Shown here: piece by piece, positions 25,935-39,468 of the stretch
How positions within the stretch are numbered: position 1 is the first letter of the stretch
Layout of the letters: each line of letters opens with the position of its first letter
Source: Moniliella sp. 'wahieum'
Taxonomy: Eukaryota
Assembly (NCBI GenBank): GCA_003971905.1
Contig: RSEE01000045.1
Span: 1-64,000, forward strand
DNA: 64,000 nt
Direction of reading: 5' to 3'
Made by a program: the position numbers and the translations under genes
Notes under the pieces: model-generated
Told to the model about the DNA's origin: nothing
The model's database searches: none
Seen by the model: the letters and a program-made list of their open reading frames with translations, nothing else

Positions 25935-26819
25935 GGTGGGCGGTAGGATGGCCGAGGGAGCATGCCATGACGGATTAAGAGGGGCAGAACAAGTGATGTG
26001 GTGAAGTGGGCTCAGAGGGACGAACATGCACTGGGGACCCTGAGGGGTGCAACTGGTGGGTTGGAAGGGCGCGTAGGGGCGCGTATAGTCGTGTAGCGCG
26101 AGTTCGTTTTCGTGTTTGACTGCGCCGCGCACTTAGCGGGGCTGGGACGTTTGAGGGTGTTAGTGGAGTCTGCCCGATATCTGCAGAGATCCACATGGTG
26201 GGCAGCCGCTTCCGGACTCCACATCTCCAGTGCAGCGGGGCAACGAGCATCGCCTTGCTCTGTCGTACCAGGCACAGGGGCTGTGGATGATGTCATGATG
26301 ACGATCGTCGTCGCTCCACATTCCTGTGTATCAGAATTGATACAAAAAGTTGGCAGGTGCGGACGACAGACTGGACTGACTGGGGCTATGTATAAGTAAT
26401 CCGGCTAAACCAAGTCTCTCAATGTGCATCTCATGCATCCTGCTGAGAGGGGCCTATCTCCTTGGCCCCGGCTGGCGAGACGGATGGTAGATTGCGCGAA
26501 TAGGGCATAGATTCCGCTCCCTTTCATTTTCAGATCTCAACGATAGTGAACATTCAACGTAACGTTCAACTTCAACGTTCAAGCTATATGTCCAGTTGAA
26601 GCTTCGAGCTTCACAGCTTCACCGGTCACAATCACACATTGGCACCGCCTGGGCGCCACCCCATTGATTGCTTAGCGCTTATTGGGTGGTGATGGATATC
26701 TCCCACATCGTCCCTGTGTATTTCTTCGCCTTCTGCCCCTCCTCCCACGCTCACTAGTCACTGGCCAACACCGCGCCTTCAGCGCTACCATGAACACCGT
26801 CTTTCCCTGTTGAGGCATC

Positions 26820-28510
26820 ATGTCCCAGCCAGCTGTTCCCGCCTCTCCCCCCCGCCTCGACCTCCGACGCCGTCGCGCCCCTCTCCCTCCGCCGACCGAG
26901 CCTGGTGCCTTTGATTCACTCCATGACTTGCTGGCCGAGGCTGGGTACAAAGAGACACGCATTGTCACCCCCACCGCATCTGCTCTGCGTGCAGATCCTG
27001 GTAGCCCTCCTGTCCAGGACGAGCCTTGCAACATCATCAACAACAATGAAGATCACGAGCCCAACGAGGTTACCACTTGCATCGATACCTCTACCATGTC
27101 GGCCAAAGCCGCCCCTAATACGCATTGCCCATTGGCCGAACACTGTTCCCGTCCGGCCTTTGGTGTGATCAATGACAACCCCCCGGGGCTGGGCCGTCGC
27201 CTATCCGAGTGGTGGTGGCGCAAATCTCTCGATCCTACCGCTGCGCCGCTCAGCATACTTCGCCCGCGCCCTGGTATGAGTATGACGCAAAGAGGAGATT
27301 CGGAACCCCCCGACCGTTGAGTGCGGCGCAGGTGCTGGCTTGGACCCAGTACCGGGATCTAGCAGCCTCAGGCCGCATGCTCCGCGACCACAAACACGTC
27401 TGAAAGCTTATCGTTCTCTCCGTCTTCCGCTGCTACCCAGACTGCCTCGCGCAGTATCGCGGAAGGCAGGCGCAAGCGCGGGTCGCTGCATGAGGAGGAT
27501 CTCTGGTGCCCTGATAATGGTCCGGTCCAGCGAGCCCTCCCTCGCCTGCACACGACGCTGGAAACCCACGACCAGCGCCCCCCTTTCCCACGCCCCCGGC
27601 AGAGTGCCTCGCTTGCGTCATTCCGTCAGTCCCAAAGCCAGGCGGTCAGCTTCCTATGATCGTTCCTCCCCCCCTAGTTGGAACCCACACCGCGTCTCGG
27701 CCCCAGTCTTGACCGATGAAACCCTGTTGGACTTGGAACACTCGAATTTTCCTCATCCCCGGCCCCAGCGCCGCGGGGAGCAAAAACAACTTGTGGCGTG
27801 CCAGTGTGGTGCTGCACGAAGACCAAGAAGGCATTCCTCCATTGCTGGGAAAAGGGCCCGTGGATGTGCTGAACCACGCGTCAGCCAACCATCAGCCCCG
27901 ACCTGTCAGTGACAGCGCCAAGAAACCCATGCCCCCAGGTGGAACCCAAGCCATGCCGTCTTATGCACCTTCGTCGGCCCGCTCAGCGGGGGAACAGACG
28001 CGGATCCATTCCCTTCTCTCCTCGAGTGCGGCTGACCCTGTGCTCAGTCCCCAAGAGGCTGTCGCCCTACGCAAGAGCTCCTGCCTATTCCCCACCCATT
28101 TGCGCAAGTACCACTCGGTCGAAGTCTCCGTGCCGCTTTGGCCAATTGGTCCCCCGAGTGCTCGCTTACCAACGAAGAGAGCGAGCATGTCCTCCCCACT
28201 ACAGTGCAAAACGAGTCCACGGCTCAACCGAGGCCAATTTCAGCTCGTCAAAACCGTCCTACCCCGCCATCCCTCGTCCTCTCCTCCCACCTCGACCGAC
28301 CCACGACCTTTGGTCCTAGAAGGTGCTGAGTTTGAACCGCACAGTGTTTCCCTGTTCCCAGCTAGACGCACTTCCTTCTTCCTCCCTCCGTTTAGGGCTG
28401 GCCAAGCCCACCCTCGCCCGGACGTGCGCGCGCTTCCTCCTCGCCACGACGTGCCCAATCGTCTCATGGATCGCAGCCGCGGTCCCGACCTTCACATTCG
28501 CCCCAGTTGA
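26820..28510 (+). CDS. Hypothetical low-complexity Pro/Ser/Arg-rich protein, frameshifted
   Basis: Overlapping ORFs 26820-27320, 27340-27912 and 27716-28510; ordered-looking motif FDSLHDLLAEAGYKETRIVTP near the N-terminus. Confidence 0.5.
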
Positions 28511-29360
28511 CAAAACGGCACGACGTGGAACCTACGTCAGCCCTGCTGCGCTCTTTCTCGGCCAATATGCATCCCCTTCCCATTGCTACTCCGACCCAAC
28601 CCCTGCGAACAGAGCCAGAAGTTCTACGGTCTCCCTTGGCTTTCTCTTCTGCAGCCGCGGAGATGTTGGTCGCGACCTGCATCCCTGCCCCTACAGCGCT
28701 CCCGAAATGGAGGAAGGGAGCAACGTGTGCTCGTCTTCCCCATTCCCCCCTCTGGCGCTTCCCCTGGGTGCCCCCCGTCCCGTGAACGTGGATGTTTGCC
28801 ATACCAAGGTGCCTGCTCATCCCTTTATACCGTAGCCAGGATGGTCACGCGGGACCAATCTTTCGCTTTGCCTTGACTCCTGTCATTACTTTCTGCGTAT
28901 TGCCCCTTTTTCTCGTATTGTTCTTCCCTTTGTATACCTCTCGAAGGGCCGGGACGGCACGATGCCTATTTTTTTTCTTGTGGGGATTCACTAGTGTGAC
29001 TAGTGAATGGTGTGCGCTGCGTAAAGACGTTTGTACTTGCGCTATTGACGCTTTCCCCGCTCAGCTTCGTGCTTGCTCCTTCCCATCCATTCGCCTCCTG
29101 CTACGATATATACCTCACTTGCCTCATCACCTCTTCTCTCTTGCTTATGGTTTGTTTCCCCTTTGCATATGCTTTCCTGCTGCTTGTTATGTGCTTATCC
29201 TTATCTGTGTTTGCGTGCCCTTAGGGGCGAAATTTGCCTTGCTCGCCCCTCCGCCCCGTTCTTTCTGTAGCAAATGGTTGCAAAGACGTAGGCATAACCT
29301 AACAGTAGGCCTTGGAAGGGGTGAATCACCTGTGTGGGGATATCAAGGGGGGACAAAAAA

Positions 29361-29448
29361 CGAATCCTGCCGGGGTCGAACCGACGACCATTACCATGAC
29401 TCTCAGGCGAAGCCGGAAAGTAACACTCTACCACTGAGCTAAGGATCC
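29361..29448 (-). tRNA. tRNA-Arg(CCG) with about 16-nt intron
   Basis: Minus strand GGATCCT-TAGCTCAGTGGTAGAGTG-TTACT-TT-CCG-G..T-GGTAA-TGGTC-GTCGG-TTCGACC-CCGGC-AGGATTC-G followed by TTTTTT; 72 nt after intron removal. Confidence 0.92.
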
Positions 29449-31975
29449 TTGTGCCTATTCCACGGGCCCTGGTAACTCAGTACATTACGTGGCTATTATG
29501 TGTGAAAACAATAACAAATAGTGTTACTGTCAATTGGGGGGAAAAGCGAGCTGTTCCACTTCTCTTTTCCGTCTCGCCTCTCCATTTATCTCTGTGTTTC
29601 TTACTCCCGACTTGTTTCCCATGATTGCTACTGGTATAGTATACTGTGGATTATAATAGTTCGAGGAGAAGAGGGTGCGCATGCTCCAGGGCACGGGTAG
29701 CTCGGCTACACCTGGCAACGCCAGCAAGCCCGTAGTTTTATACACCCACAACATAAGGGATGCATACCGAGATGGACAAATCAATAATCGAGAGATATAA
29801 GGTGTATAAGTCGTCGTGAAAGTTGTCGTGCTGTGGAAAGAATGTGGCAAACAAAGGTGTAGTGTGGATGGACGACTTCTCATGGCGTCTTGCCTGAGCC
29901 AGCCATAGGCCATACACCACCCTTCATTTTGTACTTGATGTTCTCCGGTCATTACGATAGAAGGGCAATGGCAAAACCGGGCCAACGCCCTTGCGTCTTC
30001 CACCACGTATTCGCCCGAGTTGCCTGAGGCTGAAAACGTGACGCCTCGTACCATCTTCATTTGTACCACATTGTCTGCCCATTCGAGTGAGCTGGTGGGT
30101 ACGGCAGCCGCTTGACGCTGACTCACGATCCAAACTTGAACATGGACCACGTTGCTCATGTTAGGGAAAGGGGATATATAGCTGCACTCGGTGACAAGAA
30201 ACGTCCGGGAGGGGATATAGAGGCGAATATGCACCCACCAACAGAAAGGCTCCAGTGAGGGGCAAATAGCAAAAATCAGCAAGCTGCTATATTACCAGCA
30301 GTAACTCTCCAGGTGGTGTGCAGAAAATCGTGCCCAGCAAGCAAAGGAAGGGTAGTGGCCGGTGAGAGGTAGCGCGATGCGGAGGCGTATATATCTGCTG
30401 CCTGAAAAGAACAGGGCCAATGGTTAGTATGATCAAATCGGAGTAAATACGCAAAGAGGTGGGGAAGGGGAGAGCTTACGAAGAGCGGGAGCGCGTCAGA
30501 AGCGCGATGGTGGAGGCACGGGAAGAAGAGGCTATTGCTGCATGGGTCAGAGAGAGGGAGGGCGACCGCGATGTGGTGAAACTGATGAGAAGTAGAGGGT
30601 GAGCTATTAATTATAGTGGATGTCGACCGTGGAATTCGGTATAGGATGGGAGTGTTGGGGATATAAGCGTTCTTCTTGTATGATGGCATATGCAAGTAAC
30701 AGGTACTAATGGTAAGTAAAGGTGCGTTGTACGTGTGGTCTGTGCTGTGTTGCCGCACCATACGTCTCGCCTTCAGGCACACGTGGAGGAGTGTTGCGGC
30801 GAAGGTACTACTAGTCTCAGCTCAAAAAGCGTGTGATGATCGATGATCGATGATCGATGATATGAGTGTGAGCTATACAAAAAGGAAGAGACACACGGGT
30901 CCAAGACGTTCTTTGTAAGAGAGTGTATATATACAACCACGTAATCAGGCCTGCGGGAGTACGATGCCGCCCAGCCGATGTCGTCACATGTCATTGCACT
31001 CGACTAAGAGATCTAGGTATTCCTGTAGAGACTAGACACCTCGTTATATCCCTGTTTGCCATACCAGGAGACGGATGCTGAAGAGTGTGTGGATGCCATA
31101 TCACATGCGGATGTGTAAGAAGATGAGAGAGCATGCCACAGAATCGCATAGACCCGTGATTAATTTGCCACACAAAAATGTAATTTTGCTACTGTTACTA
31201 TGTAGTACTAGCCCTGCCCGGTGTGACCGGTTTGCTCTTTCATATATCAGATCTCATATGCAAGGCAGTGGATAAGGATGAGAACGCCTGAAACTTGTCT
31301 CGTTCAGGCCCGCTCACAGGCACTCAACGACCCGCATGTGTGCGGCACAGGCACGCGTTAGTCTCGGCAACCTTGCCAACAGCATAAAACAGTATTATAT
31401 GTTGCCCCTACTAGCAATTAAAAATAACTACGATATAGTAGTGTGTAGTGCATATAGTACCGTGTGGTGTGTAGAAAAGATATGGAAAAGCATCCTAGTA
31501 CATGTGGCCATATCATGCATCATGTATCAATGACCACTGTTGCGAGTGGTGCGTCTCAGACGTTTCGGCCGTTTGCGACGTTTCCATGCCCTGCCCTGCC
31601 CTGCCCTGTCCCTTAGCCCCCTCCCCCCCCATCGTGGGCAGCTTAAATACTGAATCACTCACTCTTTTTGGTCTGATGTTTGAAAGGGCACACTTCGTTT
31701 GCAACCAGGGACCATCGATGAACAATCATTAATCATGCTCATGTATCATCAGTGAGATGTGGATGCATCATCAATGATGCACCCGCCTTTCCATCACCGC
31801 GGACAGTATACGAGACTGTGCCGGCGCCACTGCCCCCACACCTTGACTCAAATTATCCTCTCTTTGACATGTTTGACAGGCGCCACACAGGGTGACACCT
31901 GTCACTGTGACATCGTGACAGGTGCCAATCTGAAAGCCGGTCCAAGCGATAAATTACGATTATTCACAGAGCTTT

Positions 31976-32011
31976 AGTAGGGCTGTGGATCTATAAGTAG
32001 GGCTGTGGATC
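31976..32011. repeat. 16-bp direct repeat with 20-bp period
   Basis: agtagggctgtggatc at 31976 and 31996. Confidence 0.85.
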
Positions 32012-35000
32012 AAAGAAACTAGAGAAAGCCGAGCGCAGCTCCCTCGTCCACATACGCTTACGAATATTACACAATGCACACAGCGGAGAAAGGGCGAAGA
32101 AGTAAGTCAAGCTCATGTTGTGCATCCCGAAATACTTTATGTCTAACCCTGTTTGCAGAGGCCAAGGGGCTGATATACTTTGAGAAGAGCATCTCAGATC
32201 TCTCGATCAGTGAGGTTCTGGCCACCGGCCGCCTGTCCGTCTTCGAAACAGGAGAGGATCGAGACCCATATAAGATCTAACTGGCAACTTGGCCTAAGAG
32301 AGCCATTATGTTCGATCCGACTTTACCGGTTACCCCTATATGTTCTGACCCTGGCGGGCTCCCCTCTCTTGGAATGGATCCATCATCTTATTATCCCTTG
32401 CTTGTGGCCCACGTTATATTACGCGTTACAAGAGGATTACCGACGCTGTTACCGCTTTTTACCGCTTGCCTGTTATACTACCAGGATTTACTTCTGATCC
32501 GTTAATAAGAGGCCGAAGGAGACTTCGTGGAGAGAGCTCTCGATCAAGTGTTGGGAACCGTTTTGGCATTGAACAACGGGGTCTCCTCGGCGCAACACAG
32601 GCTATGCATTTCGTTTTTGGCCGGCTATATACCATGTTCTAACCCCTCTCCAATAACGTCCAGACCTACTTCTTCGTTTGAAGCTTGACCGCGCGGCAGG
32701 GCAGTGCAGCTGAGAGATGCCGTGTACAGGGGGGCACCAGCCACCGGGGACCGTAGGGAGGAGGCCGGATAGGGCGTGTGGTATGCTCGCAGTTCCCGTG
32801 CCCGGCAATCAAGTGTTACGGTGATTACGGTGACCGGTTCGGTAACCGGGTCGACATCTAATTCTATTGTGGGGCCGAGGCCCTGAGGCCGGAAAGACAG
32901 GGAAAGACCCTGCCGTCGCACCCTGTAACATGTAACCGGTGACCCATACGCCACATGTCACATGTCACACGTCACACGTCATGGTCACCCAGCCACTAGT
33001 CACTGGTCACTGGTCATGCGGACATGCAGGTCATGCTGATGCAGCTGACGGTATGGAGTTTTGTGTCGCCGCGGTGTGGAGGACGGGAGAAACGATTAAA
33101 ATGAGGAAGAAGAGAGATGGTTGGTGTAATAGTATTCCAAGTATTAGCATTCCAAGATGACATGTGACAGGAGATGGAGATATGGGGAAAAGGATGCAGA
33201 TCATATTTTGTGAGACGAGGGGAAAGGAGGCGAGACTGAGGTATATATATGCCTCGGAGAGAAGAAAAGACCTAGTCACATAGAGTAAGAAAGGGGGGCA
33301 TATACAAAGGGGAAACAGAACCTAGAACAAATCAAAGGGTCCAGCCAACCTGGTGACTGTGTGTGTCCAGGTGGGTCTGATCCCCACCCAAGAAGAAGAT
33401 TCTCAACAGAGAGAAAGAAGAATACAGAGGGGAGAGAGCCGGACAAGAAAAGCATGATTACGAAATTCTGGCAAATGCTGGTGGGAACAAGTGGGTTACT
33501 CAGGGCAGTGGTTTTCCATTGGATGATTCGATGAGCGCTGAGCAGAGGCCACTCACGGTTTATCAAGCTTGGGCGCTATTGACGCATCTTCCGAACGGAG
33601 AGGCAGTGGCGAGATGAGGCCTCTCAATATTGGGGGCGTCGGCTCGCGTGGCAAGGTGTTGTGCATGCACCGGAACGAGCTGGAATATAGGCTCAGAACC
33701 TGAACGGTTGGTTGGAAGCTTGTCGCAGGAAAAGACAGAGTGGGACAGGTCCTACACAGAGCAACTCAACTCGTGTAGGACGCCGTACGTGTGCGATCCG
33801 TATTACGGAGAATACTGAAAATTGAAGATCGACGATAACAGATGGCCGCTCGAAAGGATACTGGAAAAAGACCAAGAAGTGGTCGCTGGAAGCTGATGAT
33901 CTCTGCGGAACTCTACAGTGATGTGGCGAACTAAGAGTAACGTGGGTGTTGCCTGGTGGGTCAAGGATGGATTGGCAAAGTATAAGGCGAAACAGGAAAA
34001 GACGAAACGACCCGCTAGGGGGAAAGGGGACATGTATCAAGTCATACAGGCAGGACCTATAAAAGGAATAGACAACGCAACAAAGAAAAGGGAAGGAGAT
34101 AAGTCAGTGGCCCTCTGGCAGACTCACGTCGTGCTAGGCGGGGGCTTGGCCCACTATTAGCCCCCCACGGATTGGCACCATATATAGTGGCATGATTACT
34201 ATTGGGTCGCAGATGCTGTGTCCACCTCTCATCGATTGTGCCCTTCCCTTTCCCTTTTGTGACGAGGGTATATATACCTCCAGTCCCCATCTGTAGATGT
34301 ATCCAACCCAAATCTGCTTCCTTCTCCTACGTCCATCTCAAGCGTCCTGATAGGTCCTCAAAAAGGAGCACTGACCAAGTATAGAGAAACGTCCCCACTC
34401 TCAGCCCGGAACGGGAACAGTCAAAACCAGAAATGCCTAAATTAAAGGGGGGGTTCTCCGCCCTGAGAGCCAGAAAACACAAAGATGTGATGAGATAATC
34501 TCCCAACGAGAACCATCGATACTGGCGCCCAGGCCCGAAAGGTAACTTAGACCAACAGAGCTAACACGTGCCGAAAACACAACAATAATCACAAGAAGCA
34601 CACTTTTGTAGGATAAAATGTCCCAATTAAAGCACATGCAGGCGGAGATCTCATCGGCCGTACGACAGTGATTCGAGATCCTATAGGTGCAAAGCTCAAT
34701 GGGAAGATGCTCCGTTTAGACTCAATGGAGAGGGCCTGTGTTTGCTTATCGTTCAGACAAGTCAACAGCCTAGTCTTTATCGACGTAGACCTAACCCATT
34801 TAGGTAAGGAAGACAAGGGGACAGAATGGGCTGGGACGGGCTCGGTCACCCGCCGTCGTCCGCCCTTGACAGTCACAGCCTATATGGGGCCAAAAAGCTT
34901 GTGAACCGGACCGCATAGGGAATGATTAATCACACGGATATACATATAGAGCACATCTCCCCACAGTACGAAGTTGATCGAGGAAACGGACCACTATATA

Positions 35001-35864
35001 CATCTCATCAGTGGACAGCCACTCATGTTCCGTTACTGCATTCAGTTAGCTCACTCTTACATCCCCTTTGTCGCGGGAAACGTTGGGGTCTTCGCGGTAG
35101 TTAAGACGGGCGTGTTTTCCGGAAGCTGTGTGAATCCCCCCTTTCCTTGTTGCTTTCGTGGCTGCTGTCACCGTGGCAGTATGCAAGTCAGCTCCAAAGC
35201 TCTCAGCGCCAGGGAAAGCGCCTCATCCTCTTCCGTGGACGCTACGGCGTGTGGCAGGCGGACTGGATGGTCGGGTGCTTGATGTGCATTGATTTGAGAG
35301 AGGAGGCCTGCGGGTGGCTGGACCACAGGTGGAGAAGTTGGTCCGGGGTGCATTTGGGGCTGGTGCTGGGCATCAATACCAAGTTAAAGTGGCACTTGAC
35401 GACATTTGAAATTGCAATGGGCGTGAGGAGGGGCGGGACGGCTGAGGTAAGCGCTGCGCCGACGCGCAAGGCGGGGGGGGAGCCAGTGGGGCAGGGGTGG
35501 CGCAGGCAGGCAGTGGTGCGGTGGTTAGGTGTGGTGAGGTGGTTGGCGGCGCGCTGCTACGAGCTAGGGAGGGGCAGCGCCGCGCCTCGCTTCGATCTGC
35601 GGAGGCGGTGGCTGAGCGCGGATCGGGCGGCTGAGCGCTGATCGCTGGTCGCTGATCGGTGGGGTGGTCGGGGGCGGGTATAGCGTCCGAGGGAGAGGAG
35701 AGGCACAGCCAAGATCCGCAATGCGAGATCGAGCATGCTGGGCAACGAGCGCAGGCTGTTGGCCGACCGACTAGCTCCACCCACAGCCCCCTTCGGCAGA
35801 CCCACGCGACTTGCTCGGCCGGCGCTCGCCGAACCCACACCCACCACCCTCCACATCCCCTCCC

Positions 35865-38800
35865 ATGCGCCGTCTGTGGGCGCGCATCAGCGGGCCCTCG
35901 GACAAGCACCACGACAAGCCCCCCGCCAGGCCGCCCGACAGCCCCCCTGCCCCCCGCACCGCCCCGCGCGCTAGCGTTGACCAGCCGCTGCCGGGTGCGT
36001 GGACGGCATCTCCCCCTCCTGCTCACCCGCTGCCAGCGGCTGCCCCCCCGCCCCCCGCCTTGCCACCCCCATCGTCTGCGCCTGCAGCAGTACCCGATCC
36101 GCCCCCCACCGTCTCCTCCGCCTCCTCTGCGCCCTCTGGCGCCCCTCCTGCCTCGGCCGCTCCCCGTGCCGAGAGCAAGCGCTCAGCCTCCGCCTCCGCC
36201 TCAGCCTCTGCCTCCGTCCCTCCACCTGCACCTTCGCATGCACGCGCGAAGCAAGCCAACGGCACCAGCACCGTCCCTTTTGTCGCCTCCCCGCCATCTT
36301 GCTCCCCCCCGCCCCTCTCCCCCCCGTGTCCCATCCCGGAGCCGCCAACCGCCCTATCCACTCCCCACCCGCCCCCGCCCCCACCCGAAGAAGGCTCTCC
36401 ACCCCCAACCATGCCCAGATACCCCCCAGTGCGGGGCCGCATTCATCCGCCAGCGCGGGGCTTGGCGGCCTGCCCAGTGCTCGTCGCAGCGCATCCAGTT
36501 TGGTCGGTTCTTTGGCACCCAGCACCACCACATTGGCCACCACCACCACCTCTTCCCCCTTTGGCCTCTTCTCCGATACGCGTGCTCCCTCCTTGGGTGC
36601 GACTTGGGCCAACATTACCAACGCCGAGCTTGTCATGAACATTGGCACGCGTGAACGAACACGCCAAGAAGTCCTTTGGGAAATTGTTGCGAGTGAACAA
36701 CGGTATGTGTCCCGCTCCCGTCCTGTTCCGCCCTCTATAGGCCCAATCCGATGTGCTGACTGAGTCGAATTGCGATTGTGGGCATCAGACATATTGATGA
36801 GCTTCTTCGTGCCCAGGACTTGTATATTCTCTTTCTGCTTCATCCTCGTCGCTTCACCCAACTTTCCCGTCCTTCTCCTTCCCCCGAAGCAGCCTCATCC
36901 CAGTCCTTGTCCACGACCATATCAGCCCCGGGTGGGAAACGCCTCTTTGGTCGAAGATCAGCAGGCTCTGCCACGGGTAGCGATAAGACTGAACCCAAGA
37001 AACCAGCCGGTCGCTCGTCCCAAGCGCGAACACCCAAGGATCCATTCGAACTGGGCATTGCTGTGCCTCTCCCATCTGCAGTGCGTTCGGTACTGGAAGC
37101 CATCTCTGGACCGGACGGACTCGTCGCTGTGCACACCTCTCTTGCCACGGCTTTGCGACAACGGTACGAAGCGCAGTACCCTCTTGTTCGTTCTTTGGCC
37201 GATGTGTTCACCTCGCATGCACGCCCCCTATTGGACGCCTACACTGCCTACGCTGTCTCCCTTGGCCTTGCCTTGACCCAGCTGGACGAAGCACGGCTGA
37301 TGGCACGTGCGTTGCGCGGCAAAACTCTCCGCAAGGAAGCGCAGGCTCTGACGGACACTGTCTTATTGGGTCGGGCGGTGGCTAAACTGGAAGCTGCCGC
37401 GGCGGGCCAGCGGCGATCCGCAGCCCCTGCTAGTCCTAACGGTATCTCTACTACCGCACCTAGTCTTTCTGTTGCACTGGCTCGGCCGTTGCAACGCTTG
37501 CTCAAATACCCTCTTTTGGCTCAAAATTTGCTTTTTCAAACGGATCCAAGCACTGCCGAGTTTGAAGCAACAGTCGACATGGTGACTGATATCGAGGCCT
37601 TGGTACGCCAAGTCCAAGCCCAAAAAGTTTCGGCTGATGCGTTAGATGCCACTTTGGATGCCATGGCCCGAATCGAAGGGATCACGGACCGGAAACTGCT
37701 CAAGCCTTCGGACACTAGGACCTTAGTTACCGAGACCCCTGTTTATCACTCTCCCTCTCGGGCTGAATCGACGGGCTCCTCAACCCCCGTCATCCCTCCC
37801 CGGAATGACTCCAAACAAGTTCCATCTCCCTCCAGCTCCAATTCAGCTACAAGCAGCTTACAAACCCAATTACGTTCCACCATCAAGACCAAGCGCTCCT
37901 TCCGCCGCTTGTCTGATCTGCTCGATCATCCTGCTCCTGTTGCTTTGCGTCCAAGGGAAGATAGCCTACCCGGTCCCGCTGCACCACATTCAAGTGGCGG
38001 TGGCGTTCTCTCCGCCTTAGGCCAAGGCCTTCTGGGCGCGTTTTTGACGACGGAGAGTGGGGCGGGAAAGACACCCATCTTGGGTAGCAAACGGGACATT
38101 TGGAACGTCAAGTTCTCCGACGTGGAGCTACGCTGCCAACGCATCGGAGTCACAACATTACCAATGGCCAGCTCAGTTGCCCTTCGTCCCCCTGGCTCAG
38201 AGTCCATGGGGGCCGAATCTGCAACGCGACGCGCCAAGGAGAGCAAGGATCGCCTCAAGGCTTTGCGCACCGAAACGCTGCGTACCCCCTCGCGTAACTT
38301 GTACAAGTTTATTGGGGTAGTGGCGTGGCACAAGTCACCTGCTTCGGCTCCTCCGGCGCCGGCGACCGAGATGGAGGAAGCAGCGACGCGTTCAGCTCTG
38401 CTCGCTGGTGCTGCTTGGCCATGGGACTTGCATGACGCGCTGGAGGAAGAAGAGGAATGGGATGAGTCGGTGGATGGGGGTCGGAAGGGTCAGACCTAGA
38501 CGACATCGAGTCGGATGCTGATCTCGGTCCTATCCTCCCGCGCGGCCTGGAGACCCACTCCCTCCTCCATCCCGAATCGGAGGAAGATGTGAGCGAGGTG
38601 CTGGCCACGTCGGACCCCGCCCCTGGTGGGTCGGACCCATTAACGACCTGGCCTGCGATCCGCGATATCGATGAAGAACTGATCCCTCCCTCTCGTCATG
38701 CCCCACGGACTAGTGTTTCTTCTACTACGACGACTTGCAGTGCTGCGCCTTCTACCTCGAGTACGGTAGCCAATCAGGAGATGGATATGCAAGCAGTCGC

Positions 38801-38903
38801 CATGCGGCTGCAGCTCAAAGCTCGGGCCAAGTTTGCGAATCGGCTGCGGGAGCACCCCCAACCTGGCTCCCGCCAGAATCCGACCCAAGCTTCGCGCGTT
38901 TAA
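35865..38903 (+). CDS. Dbl-homology (RhoGEF) domain protein with Pro-rich N-terminus; intron 36703-36788; frameshifts near 36430 and 38490
   Basis: DH-like RERTRQEVLWEIVASEQR|HIDEL and LARPLQRLLKYPLL..NLLFQTDPST.EFE motifs. GTATGT donor, GCTGAC branch and CAG acceptor. Confidence 0.8.
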
Positions 38904-39468
38904 CTTCTGCTTTAGGTCTTCCTGCCCCTGCCGTGCCAGTTACCGGTTACCCTGCTTTGCCTTCACCCTGTTTTTACCCTTCCTTACCCTGCTGTGTTCC
39001 CCCTGCTCCTCCCTGTCCAACCCAACCCTGTGCGCTCTGATACCTCTGTTTTCATTATCGCCTCCGGGAACTGAGCTTACCCGTTCGTTCTGGCTGTCCT
39101 CCTGCCCTTGTCTCGGGCGGCAGCGCAGCTTGTGTGTGTGTACTGGTAGGGTGTCTGTCGTTGCCCCCCCCTGTCTGAGCACGATCTCATCGTTCCTCCC
39201 CTTGGCATCGTATGGATGCGTTCTATGGACAGAAACCCCACATCGTCAGTAGTATCCAGGGTATAGATGGTTGGGAAATGCGTGTCGTTGTCCTGAGCGT
39301 TTGGACTGGGGGGGAAGGGGGTCAGTATGGTCCATGGGCCATGCTTCATGCGTCATGCATCATGCACGATGTAGTAACACAGGGCCTCGCGTGCCGGACC
39401 AAGGTCAGCAGGTATCAGGTTCATCGGGGACATATGCTCCACTGTCCTCTATAGCGTGGGTCCTCGAG

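Larger units (their letters stand above)
23290..26520. repeat. Diverged tandem segmental duplication: copy 1 about 23290-24300, copy 2 about 24840-26520
   Basis: Near-identical blocks such as cggcgacccagtcgcctagcgcc (about 23487 and 25045), catggtgggcgg/gacggattaagaggggcaga (about 23640-23698 and 25932-25988) and ccggctaaaccaagtctctc (24151 and 26401). Confidence 0.88.

Noticed and set aside
34399..34410. Third copy of the 39.6/56 kb repeat (tctcagcccgga)
   Set aside because: About 12 bp match with no flanking similarity; compatible with chance.
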